A DNA stretch of 64,000 nt from Saccostrea cucullata (taxonomy: Eukaryota): NCBI RefSeq assembly GCF_032062105.1, contig NW_026928590.1:124001-188000 (forward strand). The letters run 5' to 3'. The position numbers and the translations under genes are program-made. Below, piece after piece: positions 13,501 through 25,200 of this stretch (the stretch's first letter is position 1; each line of letters begins with the position of its first letter). The notes under the pieces were generated by a model. It was given only the letters and a program-made list of their open reading frames with translations. It was not told the origin of the DNA and made no database searches.

Positions 13501-14903
13501 GGCTGTTATTAAAATGATAAAAGGGTTTTAAATTTATCGATTTTGCTTAATTTCATTAAATTAACTTAAATACATGTATGTTTATAGTATGGTATGTTTT
13601 GATAAGACATAATAAACAATGGTTTTTTTCTTTGTCTTCTCAAGAACAAAATTATGAATTGCTAATCTTTTAAATCATCATAAAAGATCAAATTAAAAAA
13701 AAATTAATCTAAAAATGTGAAATCAAATTAATTGCAGATTGTTTAACGGCACTCTCGAGAAGTTTTCACGCATACGGTTTAAGGGCCCCTAAAACATTAG
13801 ATAAAGAAGTATGAAAGATGAATTTCATAAATCCGGTACACAAAACAGAAATCGTGAGAATTTGCAAAATCACGGACCGTTGGAAAAATCAGAGATGGGA
13901 TCAGGTGCTTTGGAGGAGTATTAAGCATCGCCTGTTAACCAGTTATTAACTATTTAACCAGTTAATTTAAATCGTCCTTACAGTGCGTTGCCCAATCAAG
14001 GAATGCCGCAAACGATTCAGACCCCTGTAAAATCCCCGGGGAATCACATATTCAAAGACCAATTAAAAGCGCGCATTCCGAGGTATGCAGAATGATGCAG
14101 AGTTAACTGCAGATAAAATTTACTCGCACTGAGTCATGTTTCATTTCCGGTAATAGATTACGCGTAAACTCTAGAGGCTTGAGTTGAATAACAATATGAC
14201 AAATACAAAATAAAATACTTATATCTAAACTTGTTGTCATAAACTATTTTATTTTCCCATAAAATTAATTATTAGACAAAATATGACTTAAGGATAGGCT
14301 GTATTCAAAAACAAGGTCGTAAAATCTTTCTTGGAATTTAAGAGAAGCTGAGTTTAAGGTATTACACAATATATAGATAATTTTTCTTTTTGTTATAAGA
14401 TACTTCTCTACTTATGCCTCTCCGTAATATGAAAAAAATATAACCGCTCGTTTTTGCCCCAAAATTCAAATTGATGAAAAAAAATTGGATTAGCGTATAT
14501 TTAACATTTTAATTTTATTGAACCCATGGCAAACGAGAATAAACTTTCCGAAAATCTTTAGAGCTATATATTGAGAAGACATTTTAGGTTTTACTTAATG
14601 CATGTACTACTTTATTTTAGGAAATTGTATAATTGAAAAACTCGATTTTATTTTTGGATAAGCAAAGCACTCGATATTTCCTTCATAGAGGGGAGTTTTC
14701 AAACATTTTATTTACAAAGGCGATAAACATTTTTGACTTGGCTTACAGACTCGCAACATATGATAGATTACGAAATAACAAATTCATCAAGCATAACACT
14801 GAATGCTGTAACATCAACAGAAACCACAACATTTATTTTCAGACTAGAAATGGGTTTGAAAATGAAATTCCTTAACTATTTTCCTATGTTTAAGAATAAA
14901 TAA
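10561..14903 (+). CDS. Cassette B: signal peptide - CUB - mucin stalk - spacer, no local TM exon; join(10561..10612,11751..11968,12264..12414,12889..13263,14749..14853), read-through stop at 14901-14903 if the last donor is unused
   Basis: Leader, CUB and spacer exons have the same sizes (52/218/151/105 nt) and phases as C, and all exons are open. Leader MFTVKLFYVSVFATYRF; ITSPGYPWKNYESNTTYMWIVTAP...CYDYLK / KQCGRR...YSNFDIFTGKGFRL. Tandem tagcag acceptor at 12883-12888. The 3' end is uncertain. Confidence 0.75.
10679..11300 (+). mobile_element. Tc1-like transposon relic in intron 1 of B
   Basis: Tc1-like end TA(C)ACTGACACGCAAAAGAAACGCAAC; degenerate DSSWTGCPRVATMR resembles the Tc1 GRPR motif. 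Confidence 0.45.
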
Positions 14904-15609
14904 AATACATATATATACCTTTTTTTTCTTTGTGTTCTTTATACTTGCATATATCTTAATTTGCTGATATTACTCATCAATTGAAAAAAATAATAATACC
15001 GATTCTGATAAAAAAGAAAAATTGCATTCTTCATCGTTGGTTGTTTTAAATTGTTAAAATAAAGCTATGTAAGAATTGTTATAATACCCGCTCTTAGTCC
15101 AAGTCGGGTATAAAGCCGTTACCCTTGTCCGTCTGATGGTCCATCTGTCGCACTTTCTTCTTCATCTAACCTTTCGAATATCTTAAGCAGAATTCAATTA
15201 ATCTAATAAAATATGATAAATGGTTTCCTGTAGATGTGCGATAATGTTTTGATTTCATTTTCACCCTATGGGGTAATGGATCTGAACAATTACTAGCATA
15301 CTTGTAATGAAGAAAAATCTTCTGTACCGGGCTCTGAGGTATGCTTGTTTTACTATATTTTCCCTGATTACAAAACTTTGACCACCTTGTGTGGCCCCAA
15401 CCTACCCCTAAATGTCATGCTTTGGACAAAGTTGAATCTACACAAAGTAAAGAAGTATCAGATTATTTCAAATTTTTCTGTTGTATCAAGTTAAATTTGT
15501 GCTTTGCAAAAATAAGACATTGCAACTATGTATGTTTTAAATGTGCTTAATGAGAACTGTTTCAATGAAATATAGGCTACAAATGAATGAATTCGTTAGA
15601 TTTGATGGT

Positions 15610-16830
15610 CAACTTTGATTACACTTGTACACTTGGCAGAAATTGTCGAACTGCTGCAATGCTGTCATAATTTTTACGTGTTTAAAAACAGGAAGTGGTT
15701 TAACAGTTCTTGGGTCAATGTTATATATAAATCTGAGTATTGATGCTGGACTGTTGTAGGTAGTTGTATGGCATATGAAAAGACTTGTCTGAATCTGTGC
15801 CACTGAAGACGAGGAAGAGAAGCAGCTATAAAATAATTCCCTCTTCTAATATGCCGACCTTTAAATTGAATGCATGAGGACCTTCAAGACCAAAACCCTT
15901 AACAAATACATAGCTCTGTGTGATTTCGATATTTTAATGTTTAAAATGGTGACAAAGGTACTATTGTCAGAATGTAAAATATTTCGCTTTCTCTCAACTC
16001 ATCTCCCAAAATACTATGCAGACAAGGTAATTGCTAGAGTACCGATTACAAAAACGTAATGCCTTTAAATATTGTAGTCCCTCGCCATGATTTTGGCCAT
16101 GTCAAAAAAGCCAAATGAGTTTCACAAATACCCCGACACCCTATTTCATATGAACCAACGCTATGTGTATGCAACTCTAGTTAAAACTAGCTGGTCTAGT
16201 ATACTTTCTTATATAATGTAATATAATTCCTATATAACGACTGAAAGTTTCTAGTAACAATTACTAATCTGTTAGTTTTCTGGTGGTAAAGTAACAGTCA
16301 CTGTGACTGTATTAATAAAACCTAAAAATACCAATTTATTGTAGGACCTGTCTGGGGGAAATAGTGGACTACATGATCAAATTGAATCTTGTTTTATTTA
16401 TGGTTTATAAATGGACTCAAACTTTACGAATGAGCATGTCTCACAGTTAATCCGAATGGCATACACTTGTCAATATGAATATTTTTGTTAATTTTGTACC
16501 CCTTCAACTTAAAATCAGAGGTGTAAACTGGTAGCTATAGGAAAGCATTTTTAAGGTCTAAAAGAACCATGAAAGTTCCTAAGCCTAACCGTTCCAACAT
16601 ACTCAAAGTTTCAGCAAATAATATGTATTTAACTAAATAATAGTGGGGATCAATGAAGTCATTCACTCTATCACCAAACAGGGTGAGAAATGCTTAATAA
16701 AACGAAATGAACCATCTTTTGTTAGGTTCCAAACCTATATGGGGTATAGTCTAAAGTTAAAAATGGAAAACAGAAAAATAAACCAACAACCCGGCTTAAA
16801 TTTATTTCTTAATTGCTAACGGTATGGCTT
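15610..16830 (-). mobile_element. Paralogous copy of the same DIRS/Ngaro-type relic
   Basis: The reverse complement aligns with about 3410-4440 and also shows a GPT...FLG..INTVTVTVTLPPE RT thumb-like motif. Confidence 0.7.
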
Positions 16831-17118
16831 CTATAGTAAATAAATTCTTGGACTTAAAATTTTACAGTTGTATGACTGTCTAGAACCTTAGTAATATATT
16901 AAAATCAAAGTGAAACCCTTGCAATAATCATGCGCATTTACTGTGTCTGGAAAATTAGTAAAAAATTCTGATAAAACTGAAGTCGTGATGAGACTGTATG
17001 CAAGACTACAACAAAGGAAAGAAAACATTGAAATAAATCAAATATATTTAGTTTATATTTTGGAAGTTGTTGTCGATGTAAGATATAAGATTCGACAAAG
17101 AAACTGGAGGAAAGTCTG

Positions 17119-17453
17119 ACAGCAATACATTACCAAAGGCATAAATGTCAGCTGCACAGAAAGAAAATCGACAAAGAATACAACAGAAAACCATTCTTTC
17201 ACAAACAAAAGCTAGACTTCGAGTAAAGTAAAAAAAAATTAACAAAAACATCTTCAACACTAGAATTTACAACAATAAAACAAAAATATCAGCCAATGTT
17301 AGGAATAAAGCTTCTCAACCAACAGCATCAAAAGAAATTTGAATGAAATTTTGCATTCAGCATGAACAACTTTGTACAGTTGATCGAAATTAATACCCTC
17401 AACAGCAACGATAAACAAAACATCAGAAACGGCACCTGTTACAATAACTACTG
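17119..17453 (+). pseudogene. Degenerate second mucin exon downstream of B
   Basis: Ends ...TSETAPVTITTG|gtaag like the functional stalk exons; contains stops and frameshifts and has lost its 5' acceptor. Confidence 0.6.
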
Positions 17454-20400
17454 GTAAGAAAGAAAGAGAGCGAGCATAAGTAAAACAAACTAATTGCACA
17501 ATCTTAATTGATCATTTCCTTAGATTATATATACGATGTATTCCTACACAACATGTTCTCTTCCATCCATTTCAACAATACGTGTACCATAGTGTTCACA
17601 ACAGGTGTGCACGGTCAACAGAGGGCGCTTTTACTCGTAGACGCCGGGTGCCACCTTCGAAATTTCTAGGATTTCGTGTTTATGTCCTTAAAAAGTTCAC
17701 AGATATGTTTGTTTGTGATTTATACTGCAATTTTTTTTAATAAAGTTCCATCGTATAACGAACCTTAGTTAACTCAACTTCGACGTATTTGAATAGATAT
17801 CAGGTAATTCAGGCTATAATTTTATTGCAGATTATAAAAAAATAATTCTGATTAAATTGAGGCATACGGGTGTAAAGATAATTTGGACAAAATATTCTTG
17901 GATGTATAAATCAAGTACATATACAACTGTACATGAACTCCTTATTTTCATAAATTTCAGAGCAATTTCAAAATGATCTTAATTTATAAGTGTAAAAGGA
18001 GAAGATGACAACATTGATCAATCTGATAAATCCAGTTAAAAATTCGAAACTTAAACAGGACAAAAACAGAGACCCCTAAAAACATCAGAGGTGGTTTCAG
18101 CTTTGTTTTTTGAAATGTTACCCAGAATAAACATCCATCCCTGATACAGATTGTTACGACAGCAATCTGTTTCATGGAAAAAAACATATAGATATATATT
18201 TTGCAATTTGCAGCACATTTGTGTAACTAAATTCTATTTTCGTTGCATTTTTTCCTTGTAAACAATGATATTTATGCTAAATCATGTACAATGATAAAAA
18301 TTACTGGATATTAAATTTTGTTAAGAATAAGCATAGTTTATTTTCCAAGCGGAAATACTCAAGCTTGGAAATGTTTCAAAATATTGAAGTTGCTCGCCTG
18401 GTCTAAGTATGGTTAAAATCCCACAGCAGACCGGTCCTCCTGTTAAGATCGTAAAAACTGGAATCCCATATCACAGTAGTAACCGACACACAAGATTCCT
18501 CGCTTCTCAGTGGTACTGAGTACCGACTTTAGGTGGAAATATGAAACCTTCAACCGCAGCAAGTAGTGACGTGTTACAATGCACTGAAAATTTACGCACT
18601 TTGAATTTGCGCTAACTTTGAGAACACTTTCAGACACTTAGAAAAATATGAAATGTCTTTTCTAAGAGCATAAATATCGATTTAAAAAAAAACGCACTAT
18701 GGAAAAAATTAGTATGGCCGAGTCATTTTTTTGCAGATGAGGTCACTTCGTGATCTGATATAGACCTCTTAAATATTTTAGGTTCTCTTAAATTTTATAA
18801 AAGTTTTTCTTGTCTGTTATGAGTTTGGTATATATAGGGGGCTATATGTGATCGGCTAAAAGCATCGAGTTCAATTTTGATTTTTCCATGCTATAAAAAT
18901 TATTTTACTGTCATTTGCTTTGTTGTACTTAAAATTTTCATCTTTTATAAGTTAATTCAAATCTATTAATGTTTTCAACGTCATACCAGTTATGATCATA
19001 CATAAATGTATGTAAAATATAGGCCTTGGAACTGAGGAGGCTAGGGTTGGCGGGGCCCCAACTTTTCTGCGAAGACATACATAATACAGACATTGAAAAT
19101 TAGGTGGGTTTTTTTTGGTATGAACTCCCTAACCCAATCCCTATTCAATTTGCTACCGACACCAATGCTGAGGAAAGATAAAGAGTTTGGCCGGGACGAC
19201 ACTCGATTCTTTCTGTCCTCGTTCTCAATGAGGATGAATCAATTCATACGTTTTACTACAGATATATTATACAAATATTGCTGTTTTTTGAGGTCAATGC
19301 AATGATTTAGCCATCTGAGGAGTACAATATTCACCGAGCCCGAAACAAATTTGTCTAAAAAGACGAAAATTTCTGATGTTAAAATCTATATAGGGAACTC
19401 ACATATACGTTGATGTTACAAAGATTTTAACAACCTCAATCATTTAAAGTCAGAATTTCCTATATTCTATGTTCGTACTAATATTTTTCAGCAAATACCA
19501 TTAACTGTTGGATAGTATTTTTTGCCTGACTCGTTTCATGATATAATTTTGTATTATATTTGACCACAAAATTGTTCCGATCCATCTATTTAAATAATCC
19601 GCCGGTCGGCAGGGGATGGTTACTCCTCCATAGCAGCTGACCCCACCTCTGATGTTTTAGATGTCCATGTTTGCTCTGCTTTAAAATTTGTTATATTTAA
19701 TGGACTTCTGAGCTTGAATTATGTTCTTTATCTGAATATACCTTTAAAAAGAATTATCATGTGTATTTTGTATTTCTATAATGCAAAGGCCGAAAAAGTT
19801 AATTTTAACTTTAAATAGTCTGCTGAGTGTGTAGTGAAGATTTGCATATGTTCATAATATGGAGAAGAAAGGGGATGGTTGAACCTAAATTTTTATACAA
19901 TTAAATTGATGCTCGCTGTTGTCAATGTATGATCAACTGAACCCCTGACTTTGTTTTTTATGAACAAACGAGATCCCATTGCATATTAATTTTATGAGGT
20001 TGACTGGGATGAGGTATAAGTCATATATCGTATGCTTTATTTGCCTTTAGTGGCCATCTTGGTTTTTTTAGTGATTATGAATGTAAGTGCTATTTGATCT
20101 ATTATGGGCTTTTCAGGATATAGTGAACAAAATAAATGGAATTCAATTTGGAACAAAGAAATTTATGATTGTGGCGATTTTACAAAGAAATATTCAAAAA
20201 CATAGGGAAAAAAATGCAATGAAATTGCATGATTGCAGAAATGAAATCACTACGAATGATTAGTCAGGACCATTGAAAGAGAGATTCTTTTATATGAAGA
20301 TTCAAACAATGATTTTTTCATAAAATTATGAAACCTTAATTAGCAGTAGGCATAATTGTAATGCAACGTAGAGCATAATTAGAAATGAAACATGTTTTAG

Positions 20401-22180
20401 TTTAATATGTAGTAAATATACATGTTGATATTTCTTGTAATCAACTTAGCAGTGTCTCTACATTGAAATGTCATGATTTGTCAATAAGTACAAAATATGA
20501 ATTTATGAGTTAGTCAAATGAATGAATGAATAAATGAATAAGTTAGTCAGATTGAACTTCGAATTTTGATAGATGTTTTTATGTGTTGATATTATTAGGT
20601 ATAGCAAGTTAAAAAGGAAATTAGCTCCTTGACTAAACATTTTGCTTCTTATTAATAAAATGAATCTTGATTTTATTAACTCGTGTACATGGTTTAATTA
20701 AAGTCTGACAAAATATGGAGGGAGAGAAGTCTCTGGTCAGTAAATCACGACAAATTCTTGATAATGTGTTTGTCAAAGCAACTATTCCTTTCTATGAGTT
20801 TATATTCATTGCAAATGAAATGACAAGGTTAATATTAAGTAAGATGGTATGTTCATTGATTATTTCAACTATTTGGTTGCCAAAGCACTGATGATTTTCA
20901 TATGAATTAATTTAGTTTGAGAATAAACATGACGTTCATGATCAATTTGCTAGATTTGAGAATATAAATATACTGTATATAACTCCGATTAACAATTAGA
21001 GGTAGAAGTGGTAAAAATTTAATGATATAATGCATCAGCTGCATAAGAGGATCGTTATCAAATATCAAGGAAGTCAATGGAATTCCCTTTTATCCTTTAT
21101 TGTGTTTACTTAATTTTATTCCCATGCCTTTGTATCAAAATTCAAAGTTAACAAGAAATGTTAAAAATTGATAAGGAAATTCTGCTAATTTATATTTAAT
21201 GAATGAAATATTTCCATTATAAGGAAATTCATGCGACCAGATGTAAATTATAACACCTCTTGTTTCGATATACAAAGGCGGGTGTGGGGGAGATATTTAT
21301 CCAAGTATATAAATATAAGTTCAAGTCAGTAGCAAAAATGACACTTCTTTTTAGGGTCGGGTAAAATATAAAGGCAATGCTAATTAGTTTCATTAGTCTG
21401 ATTGTTATTCATCAGTCTCGTTTAAAATCATCATTTTGCAAGTTCTATGGTCGATCGATGACCTTGTCAGCAAATACAATTTATGGCACCTGATCCCACC
21501 TCTGATTGTTTGCTTTGCTCTTATTTTGTATTGTTTTATGGACTTTGAGATTGAATACTGTTCGTTATCTTCATTTCCTTCGTTTATTGTTTCTTAGTTT
21601 TCTTCTTTGGGCCTTTATAATGAAAGAAATCAAGAACAAAAGATTTTCCTCCTAACAGTCAATTATATGACATATAATTCCATTAAACAATGAAGTCAGA
21701 AAATTATATCCCCGCTTAAAATACGATTTTAACCCAACATAAGTGTCCGATCAAAAAGTAAAATAAATGCATGATGCCATTATGTAATAAGCATTCTGTG
21801 AAAATCTTCGGTGTACATTTCATTCATTTTTTTACGTGGACTTGTGGATAAGAGTCAGGAACCCCCAGGCGTAACGAACTCATGAACAACTAGGCAGACT
21901 GACTACCCAATCATTATAATACCCTTTCTTCAAGCTGGGGAAAACAAATCGAAACTGTAAGATCTATTTATGTAAGCATATGTTTTAAAATGACTGGGTT
22001 TTTTTATTTAGTAGTGTGTATGCCAATACATTAGACTTAAAATCGTAATTATAAGCACATTCACATGTAATACATCTTCAACACAATTAAAATTTGAACC
22101 CAGAAGCTAAAATCAATTCGACCTTCAACTCAATGTGTGTACTTTAAATTAATTAAATAAATTGTTTCCCTATCTACGAA

Positions 22181-22187
22181 TATAAAT
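22181..22187 (+). promoter_or_regulatory. TATA box of cassette C
   Basis: TATAAAT 112 nt upstream of the ATG, in a block homologous to the B and E promoters. Confidence 0.5.
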
Positions 22188-22292
22188 TGATTCAGATCAT
22201 ACATTTATTGATATTACAAATTGTGGTTTGTCATTTTAAACGAGGCTAGATGTATATAGATAATTATTTTTAAAATCCTATAAGAAGAAAAC

Positions 22293-25200
22293 ATGTATGC
22301 AGTGAATTTATATTTTGTGTCAGTAGTTACTGCATTTTGGTTCAGTAAGTATTAAAACACTCATAGATTCCCTTCGATTTTCTTTTGTGTTTTTTTTTAT
22401 ATAAATATTTACAATTATTACAATTATTGTACAATTATTAGTTTGTAATTCAATACAAAATTATTACCGTAATGCTCCGATCATTATATTATCAAATTAT
22501 AATTATGAGATCTTGACTGGACATTGGAATTATAAACTGAATAATTTAAAAGGTTGAGAATCCGCAAATACCTAAGATCCAGATTTTTTTAAAATGTTAT
22601 TTTACTTCGGAAACATAAAACTATTTACTTTGATCAGTTATATATAATTATGTTTTAGACATTTGTTTCGGTGTTAACACTACATTAAAGGAAATATATA
22701 TCCCTTTATCTGAGGAGATTAATATCACATCACCAGGATATCCATGGATTAACTATGAGAGGAACACAAATTATACATGGATAGTGACAGCACCTGACGT
22801 AACAGAGACGATTTATATCTCGATAAAAATGGATATTCACCATACTCCAGGATTCCCATGTGAAGACTACTTAAAGGTAGAGTATTGACTATTATATATT
22901 AGAAAGGTATAAATTTCTCAGAAAATAAACAAAATTCATGTTATTATACTTTACAAGGACTATCTTTCATTGGTTCGAAAACAAATAAGAAGATCCTACA
23001 TGATATTAAATAAAGAAATTGAAACAATCAAAATTTAAAATGAAGTAAATCATAACAAATTTAAATGTGCTATAGGGACGAATTAAGTGTTTTAATAGGT
23101 CAAGTATTAAAGATTTATAAATGTTATATACAGTGTACATAATATATGAAGAATGAACTACAGACATGCCAGATTATTCTTTGGCTTTAAAAAATTGAAA
23201 TATATGCTTGTTTTTTTTTTTTAGTATTTTTATGGTTTATGATGTTTTCTTTAAGTTTTTTATAGAAAAAATATACTAACAATTCTAATAAGATATTATA
23301 TGTATCAACACATTTAATTAGATACAGAAAATCACGTGCATTTACTTCGGGTGCTTTCACCAATCCTTTTATTTCTTCTGTTTGTATATATTCTTCTTAG
23401 AATTATATCTACATGTATATACCATATTTAAACCAGTTTCACTAGATTTAGGAAATCAATGACATATTTCTACAAGTTCGTTTTTATAACAAACAAATTT
23501 TAATAGATTCAAGAAATCAAAGACTACAACTTCACAATCTTTAAGCAATGTACAAATCGAACAGAATACAGAATAGCAAAAGGAAACAAATTGATGATCG
23601 TTTTTCACTCCAACAATGATGAATTTACAAATAAAGGCTTTCGACTTAGTCTTAAAGGTAAGTTTTTTTAATAAAGATATGTCAAATTCTAGATATTTAC
23701 AAGAATTTACATAATACATATTATCCGATAATAATTGAATTTACTTTTAACACGTCATTTGTTTGGATAAAAGATTTTATCCATTTTGTATAACATAACT
23801 TGCCTACGTCACAATGAGTTACCGAATTTACATAATACATATTATCCGATAATAATTGAATTTACTTTTAACACGTCATTTGTTTGGATAAAAGATTTTA
23901 TCCATTTTGTATAACATATATAACTTGCCTACGTCACAATGAGTTACCGTAACGTCAAAAAACGTTTTACTCCGCTTGACGTTACTTTTAAAATTTAATC
24001 AATGTGAAGTCTTATTCTGGGGAAAAAATTGTCTCACTGTCTGCACTGAAATTAAATTTTAAAAAATGAATCATATTTCAACTCATATTATACGATATAA
24101 CAAAATTTGGGCAGTTTACGCTTTTTTATAAACCGCTTCGCGGTGTATAAAGCGTTAACTGTCCCAAGTTATGTTATATCGTATAATATAAGTTGACATA
24201 AACTTCATTCCTTACGAAATTATTGCAAAATGTCAATTACTCTGTTTTACTTAAGTATTGAAAATGTCAAAAAGTACACAATACATAAGCAAATTTTTTT
24301 CTCATATTAATTTATTTCTGAATTTTTTATACTTTGTTATATGATTCAAAATCTCTTCTTATATAATACAGTGGACCCTCATTTATCCGGACGCTTTGGT
24401 TCCCAATAAATTTTTCCGGATATGTGAAGCATCCGGATATCTGAATCTGGATACCAGCTAAACAAGAAAAAATATCATTTAAAAATTTCGCTCCGATGAA
24501 AAATCGTCCGGATACTGAAGCATCCGGATATCTGGCGTCCGGATATCTGAAGGTCCACTGTATATATGAAAAAAATTCAATTATGAGATTCAACTTGAGC
24601 ATGAGCCTTACTTCTAAAATGTAAACATCCAAATGACTTACAAAGATCAATCATTATTGACAATGTAATGATGTTACACTTTTCAAGAAATGAGTTAAAA
24701 TACAATACATTGTTGATTTGCACTACAATAATATTCAATTTCTCAACATATGAAGTCTTACCAACCTGCATGATTTAATCTGCATTTTTAAATGTAGACA
24801 TTCCATTTTTTAATCCTGTTATATACCTGAGAAAAACTTCTTTTTTTCTAACAGTATTGAAATATTTAAGAAGATCAACAATAGAGACAGTTTTTGCGTC
24901 AACAACAACTCCTTTTTCAAAAACATCAATGACACCGGGGACAAAAACGACAAAGTCATCAACAAAAGCATTATTTCCTCATCAAATCCCCACTACAATT
25001 AAAACAATTTCAAAAATTACAACAAAAAAATCAATAACTTCAACGACTCAATCAACAACAGCAAAAGAGAAATTAACAAAAGTCAAAAGAAAAACAACAG
25101 AAACAACTCTCCCATATCTGACAGCTACTCGTCCAAAAACATCAACAGAGATTACGACTCAAGTTCTGAGTTCTACACCAAAAGCATGGTACAGCTCATT

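Noticed and set aside
14633-14875. Cys-containing ORFs ...KHNTECCNINRNHN... (also 26827-27027) as a small conserved protein
   Set aside because: This is an alternative frame of the spacer exon; splice phase supports the Ser/Thr-rich frame, and the cysteines are not kept in the 28001 copy.
21078-21087. NF-kB-like TGGAATTCCC upstream of C (and 54360-54369 upstream of E)
   Set aside because: Imperfect consensus, absent from the homologous block upstream of B, and the sharing is explained by duplication.
23456-23719. Minus-strand hydrophobic ORFs (also 45224-45433, 27933-28181, 59121-59360, 17299-17499)
   Set aside because: They are antisense shadows of + strand CUB, spacer or mucin exons and have no independent support.
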